Source of the DNA: a virus
DNA: 50,084 nt
Strand: one strand, 5' to 3'
IMG/VR virus record: IMGVR_UViG_3300036795_000133
Span: 1 to 50,084 of that record
A program made the position numbers and the translations under genes. Below, in pieces: positions 1 through 8,173 of the stretch. How positions within the stretch are numbered: the stretch's first letter is position 1; the number at the start of each line of letters is the position of its first letter. The notes under the pieces were generated by a model. The model did no database searches. It had not been told where the DNA came from and saw only the letters and a list, made by a program, of their open reading frames with translations.

Positions 1-92
1 TCCGCGCCCCGGCCGCCGTTCCCCCGTTCAGCGGCCTGGGCACTCCCTCGCGTCCAGCACAACGCGAGGGAACCGCCGGACCGGGCATCCCC

Positions 93-662
93 GTGCCCGG
101 TCCGGCTCAGACGTCCCCGCCGGTGCCTGAGGGGGCCGCCGGCGGGGCGCGGGACGAGGAGGCCGGCGTCCGGACCTTGCGCGCCAGTCTCCCGCCTGCG
201 ACCGATCCGGCGGGGGGCACGAGGCGGGGCGACCCGTCAAACACGTCGCCTCCCGCCGTACCGCTGTCCGGCGCCGGGCCGCGGGAGTGGAAGATCACCC
301 TGCCCGCCGGTCTTGAACTGCTGTCCCTGAATGACCGCGAGCACTACATGGTCAGGCACCGCAAGGCGCAGGCACTCAAGGACGCCGCGATCGTCATGAC
401 CCGCAAGGCAAAGGTGCCGCGCCTCGAGCGGATCGCGATCTCGGTCTACTACGACCCGCCCGTACGCCGCAACCGCGATCACGACAACCTGATAGCCACG
501 TACAAGCACCTCGCCGATGGGATAGTCCAGGCTGGCGTGGTGCCCGATGACGATTCCGCGCACGTCCTGCCGCCGCACTGCGAGGTCACTAGCCTGATCG
601 TCCCGCGCGGGCGGCTGAGGATGGTCATCACCGAGGTACCCGTCAGGGATGATGCCGCATGA
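93..662 (+). CDS. rusA: RusA-like Holliday junction resolvase (frame open to window start; true start uncertain)
   Basis: SLNDREHY...RRNRDHDNL...KHLADGIVQAGVVPDDD matches the RusA D-x-D-N / D-G / D-D catalytic pattern. Confidence 0.8.
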   Translation: MPGPAQTSPPVPEGAAGGARDEEAGVRTLRASLPPATDPAGGTRRGDPSNTSPPAVPLSGAGPREWKITLPAGLELLSLNDREHYMVRHRKAQALKDAAIVMTRKAKVPRLERIAISVYYDPPVRRNRDHDNLIATYKHLADGIVQAGVVPDDDSAHVLPPHCEVTSLIVPRGRLRMVITEVPVRDDAA

Positions 663-1321
663 CCCGCCCCTTGCTCTTGGATCTGTTCTGCGGAGCGGGG
701 GGGGCTGCAGTGGGTTACCAGCGTGCCGGATTTGACGTTGTCGGCGTGGACATCTGCCCGATGCCCCGGTATCCGTTTGAGTTCTCCCAGGGCGATGCAA
801 TCCGGGTACTCAAGCTGATCGTGGCCGACGAGATCCCTCCCCCTTCCGCGATTCACGTCAGCCCGCCGTGCCAGGACCACATCCGCGGCGGCCTCGCTAG
901 CGACCACGGCACCGGGTGGATGCTCGGGGCTGCCCGCAGCCTGCTCGAGCAGACCGGCGTCCCGTGGGTGATCGAGAACGTGCCCGGCGCCCCGATGCGC
1001 CCCGATTCCGTGCTGTGCGGCTCGCATTTCGGCCTGACCGTCCGGCGCCACCGCTGGTTCGAGACCTCGTGGAACGCCCTCAGCCTCATGCCGTTCCAGT
1101 GCGACCACTCCGGGCCGGTGGTAGGTGTCTACGGGCACCCGCACGGCAAGCGTGGCGCGTGGCCGGGGATGCTCGCCGGCACTGTCGAGAACTGGCAGCG
1201 CGGGCTCGACATCGACTGGACGAGCGACCCTGACGACCTTAAGCAGGCTATCCCGCCGGCTTACACGGAGTACATCGGCGCGTTCCTATTGGACGCCGTG
1301 GCGGAACGAGATGCCGCATGA
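659..1321 (+). CDS. Short C5-cytosine DNA methyltransferase
   Basis: Motif I LDLFCGAGG, motif IV SPPCQ, motif VI ENV, RRHRWF, C-terminal QAIPP (motif X-like). Confidence 0.85.
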   Translation: MTRPLLLDLFCGAGGAAVGYQRAGFDVVGVDICPMPRYPFEFSQGDAIRVLKLIVADEIPPPSAIHVSPPCQDHIRGGLASDHGTGWMLGAARSLLEQTGVPWVIENVPGAPMRPDSVLCGSHFGLTVRRHRWFETSWNALSLMPFQCDHSGPVVGVYGHPHGKRGAWPGMLAGTVENWQRGLDIDWTSDPDDLKQAIPPAYTEYIGAFLLDAVAERDAA

Positions 1322-1490
1322 CCGCGCCCCTGCCTGCCTCCGTCCCGCTGCCCCTGGAGCCGGAGCGTAAGCGACGTTCCGAGCCGCAGCCTGAGGCTCC
1401 GGGACGTGCACCGCTCTGCCCGTCATGCTGGCACCTCCGTGACGCCGTGGGCCACGTCTGGTTCTGCGTAGCGCCGAACGGGAGGCTTCG

Positions 1491-1703
1491 ATGTCGGACG
1501 TGAAGACAACCCCGCCACGCCGTCCCCTGCGCTCCCTGTCGGCATGGCTGGCCCGTCTCGGCGGGGCAATGACAGGAGACGCGCCGCACCGATTTGCGAC
1601 CGAGTACCCCTGGCACGGCTGCTGGTGTGACAAGCCGGAAGAGCACCCGGTCCACTGGAGCGCCGAACGGGTGATCGCCGCACGGCGGGAGACGGGCCGG
1701 TGA
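1491..1703 (+). CDS. Hypothetical protein (Cys/His-containing)
   Basis: GGAGG before start; stop overlaps next start. Confidence 0.5.
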   Translation: MSDVKTTPPRRPLRSLSAWLARLGGAMTGDAPHRFATEYPWHGCWCDKPEEHPVHWSAERVIAARRETGR

Positions 1704-1945
1704 GCGAGCTACGGGAGCTTGTCCGCGACCCGGTAATCGCCGGGATGTGCCGGGTCGTGATCAACCGCGTCGTGTGCGCCCGGCCATCGGAAGGCACCTG
1801 GGAAGGCGGGTGTATCCACGAGCACGTCACCACGGACATCGAGATCTGCGCTGGGCACCGGGAACTCGCAGAGCGCCCGTTCGCCTGCGTCCTTTGCGAA
1901 CAGGACCACAAGTGCATGGTGCAGCTGCGGGAGGTGGGCCGGTGA
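1700..1945 (+). CDS. Hypothetical Cys-rich (putative Zn-binding) protein
   Basis: GTGA coupling at both ends; several CxxH/CxxC. Confidence 0.6.
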   Translation: MSELRELVRDPVIAGMCRVVINRVVCARPSEGTWEGGCIHEHVTTDIEICAGHRELAERPFACVLCEQDHKCMVQLREVGR

Positions 1946-2298
1946 GCGGAATCGTGTCATCCGTCCTGACCGCGATCGGCATAAGCCTGCTGCTGTTCGG
2001 GACGATCGCGGGCCTGGCCATCGCGGATGCCCCCGCGGCAGTTGCCGTGACAGCAGGGATCGGCGTGTCCGGGGCCTGCATGTACGCGTGCTGTCACTGG
2101 AGGTTCCGGCGCGGTGAGCCCTGGTTCCCGGCGCTGGCGAAGTGGCGTTACCGCGCTGCTGACCGGAGGGCTGAGAACCGTGTCGTCCGCCGCGGGTGGT
2201 CCGACGAGGAGCTCGCCGCGCTCGACGACCAGGCCAGCCTTGAGCAGCTCCTCGCCAGGACCGATGCCGAGGCGCGGCGTGAGGGGAAGTTCAGGTGA
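1942..2298 (+). CDS. Membrane protein
   Basis: GTG at 1942 overlaps previous stop; two hydrophobic helices. Confidence 0.6.
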   Translation: MSGIVSSVLTAIGISLLLFGTIAGLAIADAPAAVAVTAGIGVSGACMYACCHWRFRRGEPWFPALAKWRYRAADRRAENRVVRRGWSDEELAALDDQASLEQLLARTDAEARREGKFR

Positions 2299-2426
2299 TT
2301 TGGATCGTCCTCGGCGCGGTGGCGGCGTTCGTTCTCCTGCTGCTCGCCCTGGCCGCGCTGGAACGGGGCGGGGACCCGGCGGAGGACGGGCAGGAGCCGC
2401 AGCGGGAAGAGGGTGGCGAGCCTTGA
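2295..2426 (+). CDS. Small membrane protein (43 aa, not in ORF track)
   Basis: Manual translation VIWIVLGAVAAFVLLLLALAALERGG...; GTGA coupling. Confidence 0.5.
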   Translation: MIWIVLGAVAAFVLLLLALAALERGGDPAEDGQEPQREEGGEP

Positions 2427-2545
2427 GTCCGGCATGCCCTCGCAGGCGGCGGCGGGAAGCCGTCGAGCTGGCCCTCTGCGCAGTCTTCGCCCTGGCCATG
2501 GTCGCCGCGTTCGCTTACGCGGCCGTGACAGCGGCGGGGCGGTAA
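2423..2545 (+). CDS. Small membrane protein (40 aa)
   Basis: TTGA coupling; hydrophobic ALCAVFALAMVAAFAYAAV. Confidence 0.4.
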   Translation: MSPACPRRRRREAVELALCAVFALAMVAAFAYAAVTAAGR

Positions 2546-2548
2546 TGG

Positions 2549-2800
2549 TCAGTCAAGCGACTCGCCCGGGTGGTCGCGGACCCAGCCGCGGTAGGCCTGC
2601 TCGTAGGCGCGGACTTGCTGTGAGCCTCGCCAGCCCATCTGCCCTGCGATCGTGGTCTGCGATTCTTCTCCGGCTTCTCGTGCCCGGATCATGGCCAGGC
2701 CGAGGGCGGCGCGCTTGCGGTCGACTAGCGCTTTCGCGTCGGCCCGCGCCTGCCCCAAGGCTTCCTCTGCCTCTCGTATGCGTGTCATGGCGTCGCCCAT
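2549..2800 (-). CDS. Small antisense HTH DNA-binding protein
   Basis: GGAGG before ATG 2800; long helix followed by ESQTTIAGQMGW HTH-like segment. Confidence 0.6.
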   Translation of the reverse strand: MGDAMTRIREAEEALGQARADAKALVDRKRAALGLAMIRAREAGEESQTTIAGQMGWRGSQQVRAYEQAYRGWVRDHPGESLD

Positions 2801-2829
2801 GCCTCCACTATCGCACGGCACCTCACGTC

Positions 2830-2945
2830 CCCAGTGATCATGATGGTCATCATCATAGTAACAGCGATGCAGATGACCTGATGACCCGAGCGGGTGCTAT
2901 GGTGTTAACCATAGGAGCATACCCCGCGTGAAAGTTGACAAGGTG
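2830..2945. promoter_or_regulatory. Divergent promoter/operator region
   Basis: AT-richer; GATGACC repeats and reverse GGTCATC; palindrome CTATGGT-GTTA-ACCATAG (~2898-2915); TTGACA at ~2935. Confidence 0.45.
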
Positions 2946-3053
2946 GCCAGTGCAAGTCCCTCGCAGCCGCGCAGAAAGCGCCTTAAGGCATGGCGACCCG
3001 ATCAGGAACCGTGCCCGTACCTGCGCCTCGTCCCGCCATGGCGGGAGGCTGAT

Positions 3054-3995
3054 ATGGGCATCCGGCTCGTTATGGAGTCCGCCAGCCGCCATGCCCCCGA
3101 AGGACTCACCTGGCGGGAGCGCTACTCACTCATCGTGCTCGCCGCGTCTGCGATCGACGCCACCCGTGAGCTTCCCCCCGGCATCGAGGACAACCCTGAG
3201 ATCATTGCCCGCCTGCGCCTCGGCCGCAGCGAGCGGTACGCGGTATTCGCCTCCCTTGTCACTAAGGGTGCCCTTGAGCGCCTTGAACGCGGGCGGAACG
3301 GTGTCAAGGCCGTCTACGCTATCGCCGCGTTCGACTCTGCCACGGAGGCCGCGCGGCCCGGAGACCCAGACGCGCACCCTGTGGATAACCCTGCTGAAGG
3401 GTCCGGAGAACCCGGATGCTTCAGCTCTGGGAAGGGTCCGGGTTCTGCGACTGAAGGGTCCGGGTTTGACCCTTCGAAGGGTCCGGGAACTCCGGACCCA
3501 GCACCTTATAAGGGAATTAGGGATTTTAAAACCGGAGGAACCCCCCTACCCCCCGGCATCCATCTGCTGTCTCAGTTCGCGCTGCCCGAAGCACCCCCGG
3601 AGGAGGGGGATTGCCCGACGGCGAAAAATTCCGCAGCGAACGGGACGGCCCGCGAACGCCACGCACTAGCCGCCGAGATCACTAAGATCCGGCCCGAGTG
3701 GTCGAAGCGGTCGGTCCTCCGCGCCCTTGAGCGCCCCTCTGTCGCCGAACGGCCCTGGCTGATCGTCGCGGAAGCCATGCGGCTCATGGCCGCAGACCCG
3801 AATACCCAACACCCCGGGCGGCTGGAGCACGACGGCCCGTGGTGGGCCGAAGCCGCCCGCAGGTGCCGCCGGCCCGCCGAAGTGGAACCGCCCGAGGGCG
3901 GCGTCCACAAGTTCGACCCTGACGGCAACGGCGACTGCCGTCGCTGCCCGCTGCCCGCTGACAGCCGGTACCACTCCAACCGGAAGGTGTCATGA
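3054..3995 (+). CDS. Phage replication initiator (RepA/lambda O-like, N-terminal wHTH)
   Basis: GGAGG-ATG at 3054; N-terminal LTWRERYSLIVLA...wHTH-like region; low-complexity linker carrying DNA iterons. Confidence 0.65.
   Translation: MGIRLVMESASRHAPEGLTWRERYSLIVLAASAIDATRELPPGIEDNPEIIARLRLGRSERYAVFASLVTKGALERLERGRNGVKAVYAIAAFDSATEAARPGDPDAHPVDNPAEGSGEPGCFSSGKGPGSATEGSGFDPSKGPGTPDPAPYKGIRDFKTGGTPLPPGIHLLSQFALPEAPPEEGDCPTAKNSAANGTARERHALAAEITKIRPEWSKRSVLRALERPSVAERPWLIVAEAMRLMAADPNTQHPGRLEHDGPWWAEAARRCRRPAEVEPPEGGVHKFDPDGNGDCRRCPLPADSRYHSNRKVS
3380..3531. other. Putative replication origin: DnaA box, 4 iterons and AT-rich tract
   Basis: TGTGGATAA at 3380-3388; GAAGGGTCCGG at 3396, 3431, 3453, 3476; TTATAAGGGAATTAGGGATTTTAAAA at 3506-3531. 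Confidence 0.7.
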
Positions 3996-4318
3996 CCACG
4001 CCAGGCTTCGGCCGCTGCCCCGACTGCAACAAGCGGGTGCTGTTCGCGCTCGCCGTGACCGGCGACGTGATCGCGTTCGTCGCCGCGTTCGAGGACGGCC
4101 CGTGGGCGATCGCATGGGACTGCACCCGCACCCCTCGCTGCCGCCCGGTCGGCGAGTTCGGGCTTGTCCGTGACGGCGAGTACCTGTACGAGCGGCATGC
4201 GGTCACCTGCCCCGCTGTCGGTCCCGTCGCCGACCTGGCCGCTGAGCGGATCATGCGCCGACGGCCGGTAGCGCCACGCCGCAACGCTTCCGCAAGGAGG
4301 GCCGCAAGTGCCCGCTAA
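3992..4318 (+). CDS. Hypothetical Zn-ribbon protein
   Basis: CPDC ... HAVTC; ATGA coupling. Confidence 0.6.
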   Translation: MTTPGFGRCPDCNKRVLFALAVTGDVIAFVAAFEDGPWAIAWDCTRTPRCRPVGEFGLVRDGEYLYERHAVTCPAVGPVADLAAERIMRRRPVAPRRNASARRAASAR

Positions 4319-4673
4319 CCCGGGCCCGCAAGGGCTCACTGAGTGCGACATCCGCACCAGCCTCACCGACCCCGAGTTGGCCGCGATTATCCGCACCGCC
4401 GCTGACGAGGACGGCCTGACGGGCGAGTTCTACACCATCGCCCTGCACGCCAACTGCACGCTTGAAGCCGGGCACGAAGCGCTTCACGCCGGGTGGATCG
4501 CCACTACTAACGGCGAGGTGGGCGCGACGTGCTGGCTTCGCTGGGAAGAGACGGCGCGGTACATCGACTGGCTCGCATCATGCGTTCAGTCCGACTGCCT
4601 CCTCTACCGGGGGCACCTCGGCGGCTGCAACCTAATGCACGGCGACCTGGACGAGGGGCCCGCCGATGAATGA
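4308..4673 (+). CDS. Hypothetical protein (Cys/His)
   Basis: AAGGAGG RBS; overlaps neighbours. Confidence 0.6.
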   Translation: MPANPGPQGLTECDIRTSLTDPELAAIIRTAADEDGLTGEFYTIALHANCTLEAGHEALHAGWIATTNGEVGATCWLRWEETARYIDWLASCVQSDCLLYRGHLGGCNLMHGDLDEGPADE

Positions 4674-4881
4674 CACCCCACCCCCCGTCGAACTTGCCAG
4701 CTTCATCGACGCCCTAGGCCGCCGCGTCACGGTGGAGGTCACCCGGTCGGGACTCGCCGCCATCCTCACGCAGACCCCGGAGCGAGGCCTGCGCGGAGGC
4801 CACCCGGCACTCAACCGGGACAACGCGCGGGAGCTGGGTAACGCGCTCATCGCGTTCGCCGACCAGGGGCCGCAGTCATGA
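4666..4881 (+). CDS. Hypothetical protein
   Basis: RBS, GC-rich third positions, overlap coupling. Confidence 0.6.
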   Translation: MNDTPPPVELASFIDALGRRVTVEVTRSGLAAILTQTPERGLRGGHPALNRDNARELGNALIAFADQGPQS

Positions 4882-4905
4882 CCGCCAACCACACGGAGGC
4901 ACCCG

Positions 4906-5115
4906 TTGAAGATCCCCCAGCATCTCCGCACCCTCGCCCGCAAGGCGCGGGCCGAGGGATGGACGATCACCGTCACGGGCGGCGGCCACCTGAAGTGGTC
5001 CAGTCCGCACGGGCCGTCCGTGATTACCGGATCGAGTCCGCACCGCAAGGGCTTCGGGCCGCGCATGGAACGGCGCGACCTGGAGCGGGCCGGGCTCTCC
5101 ACGACGCGGAGGTGA
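4906..5115 (+). CDS. HicA-like toxin-family protein
   Basis: ARAEGWTITVTGGGHLKWSSPHG...TGSSP...RRDLERAGL fits the HicA dsRBD-like fold with conserved GH; GGAGG before TTG. Confidence 0.65.
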   Translation: MKIPQHLRTLARKARAEGWTITVTGGGHLKWSSPHGPSVITGSSPHRKGFGPRMERRDLERAGLSTTRR

Positions 5116-5119
5116 CCCG

Positions 5120-5488
5120 GTGACCACCCCCGAGCCCGAAACCGTCGAGACCCTCCTCGGCGAGCTGATCACGGTACTCGCCGGGGCGTACCGGGACGAG
5201 GACGCCCGCAAGCCCCCGTACCTCAAGCGCCGCCGACCGATGACCGTGGGGATGCCGGTGACCGCCGCCCGCAGGGAGATGATCCCCGTCGCCGCGCGCC
5301 TCTCCCGCGCCGTGGCCCAGGGCAACCGCAAGCAGATCCTCGGGCTCCTGAACCGGCCCCGGACGCGCGGCGAGTGGAAGAGCCTCGCCATGGTCCTCGC
5401 CGCCGCCGTTGACCCGGCGCGGATCGGGACCGTGCCCGCGCAGGCCTCCGCCCCGGACGGCCGCGAGACGTTGCGGAAGGCGTCATGA
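5120..5488 (+). CDS. Hypothetical protein
   Basis: GGAGG RBS; coupled to next gene. Confidence 0.6.
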   Translation: MTTPEPETVETLLGELITVLAGAYRDEDARKPPYLKRRRPMTVGMPVTAARREMIPVAARLSRAVAQGNRKQILGLLNRPRTRGEWKSLAMVLAAAVDPARIGTVPAQASAPDGRETLRKAS

Positions 5489-5790
5489 ACGAGTCCGACG
5501 CCGAAACCCGCGCCGCTGTTGACGCTCTCGTCTACCGCCTCCGCAACCGCGGGGACGCCGACGACGAGCCGTTCGCGCAGGAGTTCATCGCCGCACTCAA
5601 AGCACGCGGGTGGCGCCCTGTCCTGGCCGTCCCCGTAGATGCCGACTGGCGGCGCGCGGCGGGTAGCAGCAGGGTGCCTGACGCGGCCAAGCCGGGAGGC
5701 GATGCCTACCTCGCAGCCAAGGCGGCGATGGCGGCGAGGGTGACAGGGCCGCAGCAGCAACTCACCGAAAACGATCAGGAGGCCTCGTGA
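5485..5790 (+). CDS. Hypothetical protein
   Basis: ATGA coupling, codon bias. Confidence 0.6.
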   Translation: MNESDAETRAAVDALVYRLRNRGDADDEPFAQEFIAALKARGWRPVLAVPVDADWRRAAGSSRVPDAAKPGGDAYLAAKAAMAARVTGPQQQLTENDQEAS

Positions 5791-5985
5791 CGACCGCACC
5801 GGACTGCCGCCGCGTCGCCGAGCAGGCTGTTGGCCTCCTTTGCTCCGTTGGCTGCTACGGGCTCGACCCGTCAAGGCGGCGGGAGTTGTGAGGGCGAGCT
5901 ACGCCTGCGGTCCCTGCGGTGCGGAGTGGTTCTGCTGGTGGGACCGGCGAGCGTCTGGTTGGCCGCTGCGGCGGGAGGGGGCGGC

Positions 5986-6543
5986 ATGACTGCCGGAGCG
6001 ATGGGCGCGCACCAGTCCGCCCGGATACTGACCGACACGTGGCTGACCCCACCGGAGATTCTCGCCGCGCTGGGACCGTTCGACCTGGACCCGTGCGCCG
6101 CCCCGGATCCGCGACCGTGGCCGACCGCCGCGCAGCACATCGCCCGGCCTGATGACGGCCTGTCCGCCGACTGGTCCGGGTGCCGGGTGTGGCTGAACCC
6201 GCCCTACGGCCCCGCGACGGGCCGGTGGATGGGACGCCTCGCGCACCACGGCCGGGGGACCGCGCTCGTGTTCGCCCGCACTGAGACGTCGTGGTTCGCG
6301 CAGGCGGTGTGGGGCTGCGCGTCGGGCGCGCTTTTCCTGCACGGCCGGATCCACTTCTGCCGACCTGACGGGAGCCGCGCCCCGGACAACTCCGGTGCCC
6401 CGTCCGTCCTGGTCGCCTACGGGCAGGTCGACGCGCGGCGGCTGAGGGACTGCAGGCTTGACGGGACGTTCGTGACGTGGAACCGCGAACTGGCAAGCGC
6501 CGGACTCCCGCCATCCCTGTTCGACCTTGAGGAGGCGTCATGA
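5986..6543 (+). CDS. Phage DNA N6-adenine methyltransferase (phage Dam family)
   Basis: DTWLTPP...FDLDPCA...VWLNPPYG...LVFARTETSWF; ATG 5986 after GGAGG. Confidence 0.88.
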   Translation: MTAGAMGAHQSARILTDTWLTPPEILAALGPFDLDPCAAPDPRPWPTAAQHIARPDDGLSADWSGCRVWLNPPYGPATGRWMGRLAHHGRGTALVFARTETSWFAQAVWGCASGALFLHGRIHFCRPDGSRAPDNSGAPSVLVAYGQVDARRLRDCRLDGTFVTWNRELASAGLPPSLFDLEEAS

Positions 6544-6656
6544 CCGACCGGACCTGAAGGCAGCGCTTTTCAGGGACCTCGCGTCCCGGAGGCCAACCGG
6601 AGGGCAGCGGGTGCTGACCGAAGACAACGGCATCAGCAGCGAGAGGAGCGCGTGAC

Positions 6657-6935
6657 ATGCAGAGCTTCCTGGACGTCGTCCTGCCGCCCCTGCTGCTGGC
6701 TGCCTTCGGCCTGTTCCTGTGCACCGTGGCGGCAGTCCTGGCACTGGCCCGGATGCGCCTGTGGGCAGCACGCCGCCGCCGTGTCACGGGTGCCCGCGAG
6801 GCGCTGTCCGGGGCGCGGGACGCGCTCGCCGCCGTCATCTCAGACCCGGGCCTCGGCGCGAGTACCCGCGACCAGGCCGTCACCGCCTACCAGGCGGTAT
6901 CAACCGCGATCACCAAGGAGAACGATCACCAGTGA
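6657..6935 (+). CDS. Membrane protein
   Basis: N-terminal hydrophobic helix; AGGAG RBS. Confidence 0.65.
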   Translation: MQSFLDVVLPPLLLAAFGLFLCTVAAVLALARMRLWAARRRRVTGAREALSGARDALAAVISDPGLGASTRDQAVTAYQAVSTAITKENDHQ

Positions 6936-7852
6936 AGAAGTCCATCCGCATCCTCGCACTCGCGCTTCCCGCCGCAGCGGCGGCACTCGGGCTGTCCGCC
7001 TGCTCGCACGCCACGCCGGCGCTCTCCCAGTGCGAGATGACCACGAACGGCGGGTTCGGCAGCAACGGGCAGGGCATCACGAACATCGTCCACCCGGGAG
7101 GCCGGGTGTCGATCGGCAACGGCGAGACAGCGTGGTACTTCCCGTGCAACGCGCGGAACTTCGTGACCGCCGCGTCGGGCGGCGACCGGAACAACCCCCT
7201 CGCCGTCCGCACGGCCGCGGCTAACGGCACGCCGGGCATGCCGGTGCACGTCTGGACGCGCGTGTTCTTCACCGCGAACCAGGACGAGCCGGTGATGAAG
7301 CAGTTCCTGCCGTTCTGCCTGAAGTACGGGTGCGCGACTAACAACTCGCAAACCGACGCGTCGATCTCCGGCAGCGCGCACTCCTCGGAGCCCGGCTGGG
7401 AGAACATGCTCACCGAGAACATGGGGCCTGCCATCGACAGCGCAACCGAGGACTCGATCAGCGCCTTCGGGCCGACGCTCTGGCAGGACCAGTCCCAGTG
7501 GAGCGCGCTCGGCAACGACATCGCCAGCCACCTTGACGCCGAGCTGAGCAAGGAGACCGGCTCGGCCTCGCCGTTCTTCTGCGGTGATGCCAGCACCGAG
7601 TCCAAGTGCGACGCGATGACCGTCGTGGTCTACAACGTCACGCCGGTGGACCAGGCCGTCGTCAACGAGTACAACCAGCAGGTGGCGGCAGAGCAGTCCG
7701 GTGCGGCTAACGCCGCGCGGCTGAAGGCGGCCGAGGCGCTGTACGGGCCTTACGCCCAGTACTTCCTCGGCATCATGGACGCCTCCAGTAACTGCCCGAA
7801 GTGCACGTTCTACGTCGGCGCGCCGAGCGGTATCCCCACCTCCGGCAAGTAG
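6932..7852 (+). CDS. SPFH/band-7-like lipoprotein
   Basis: AAGGAG-GTG 6932; signal peptide with lipobox LSAC; VHPG...YFP..R.F pattern and C-terminal Ala/Gln-rich helix as in actinobacterial SPFH proteins. Confidence 0.6.
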   Translation: MKKSIRILALALPAAAAALGLSACSHATPALSQCEMTTNGGFGSNGQGITNIVHPGGRVSIGNGETAWYFPCNARNFVTAASGGDRNNPLAVRTAAANGTPGMPVHVWTRVFFTANQDEPVMKQFLPFCLKYGCATNNSQTDASISGSAHSSEPGWENMLTENMGPAIDSATEDSISAFGPTLWQDQSQWSALGNDIASHLDAELSKETGSASPFFCGDASTESKCDAMTVVVYNVTPVDQAVVNEYNQQVAAEQSGAANAARLKAAEALYGPYAQYFLGIMDASSNCPKCTFYVGAPSGIPTSGK

Positions 7853-7881
7853 CCCCGGCGTCCTGAATCTACCCCGACTGT

Positions 7882-7910
7882 CCCTGCCCGCATCCCCGGT
7901 GCGGGCAGGG
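7882..7910 (+). terminator. GC-rich hairpin after SPFH gene
   Basis: CCCTGCCCGCA...TGCGGGCAGGG, 11-bp perfect stem. Confidence 0.5.
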
Positions 7911-7936
7911 GGGCGGTAACCCTGAGAGGAAGAAAA

Positions 7937-8173
7937 GTGATGCAAGGCAACTGGCGTAAATCTAAGCTCAGTTTCGCGAACGGGAACTGCGTCGAGGTCG
8001 GCGAGGACTGGCGCAAGTCCTCCCGCTCGGAGTCCGGCCAGTGCGTGGAAGCGGGCACCGCCCCTGCTGCCGTCCTGGTCCGTGACACCACTGACCGTAC
8101 CGGCCCCGTCCTATCCTTCCCCGCGGGTGCGTGGGCGGCGTTCACGGCGAGGACCGCGGGGAGCGGGTCATGA
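7937..8173 (+). CDS. DUF397-family protein (BldB-related family) with duplicated motif
   Basis: WRKSKLS..GNCVEV and WRKSSRS..GQCVEA followed by VLVRDT.....GPVLSF...AWAAF. Confidence 0.9.
   Translation: MMQGNWRKSKLSFANGNCVEVGEDWRKSSRSESGQCVEAGTAPAAVLVRDTTDRTGPVLSFPAGAWAAFTARTAGSGS

Noticed and set aside
2928-3053. Longer N-terminus of the replication initiator
   Set aside because: GGAGG precedes ATG 3054 and the upstream part overlaps promoter-like sequence
3396-3486. CRISPR-like mini array
   Set aside because: Repeats are 11 bp with 11-24 bp gaps inside a CDS and there are no cas genes; they fit iterons
4878-5123. 81-aa ORF coupled to the upstream stop
   Set aside because: Low-complexity product; the overlapping 4906 frame has an RBS and a HicA-like motif
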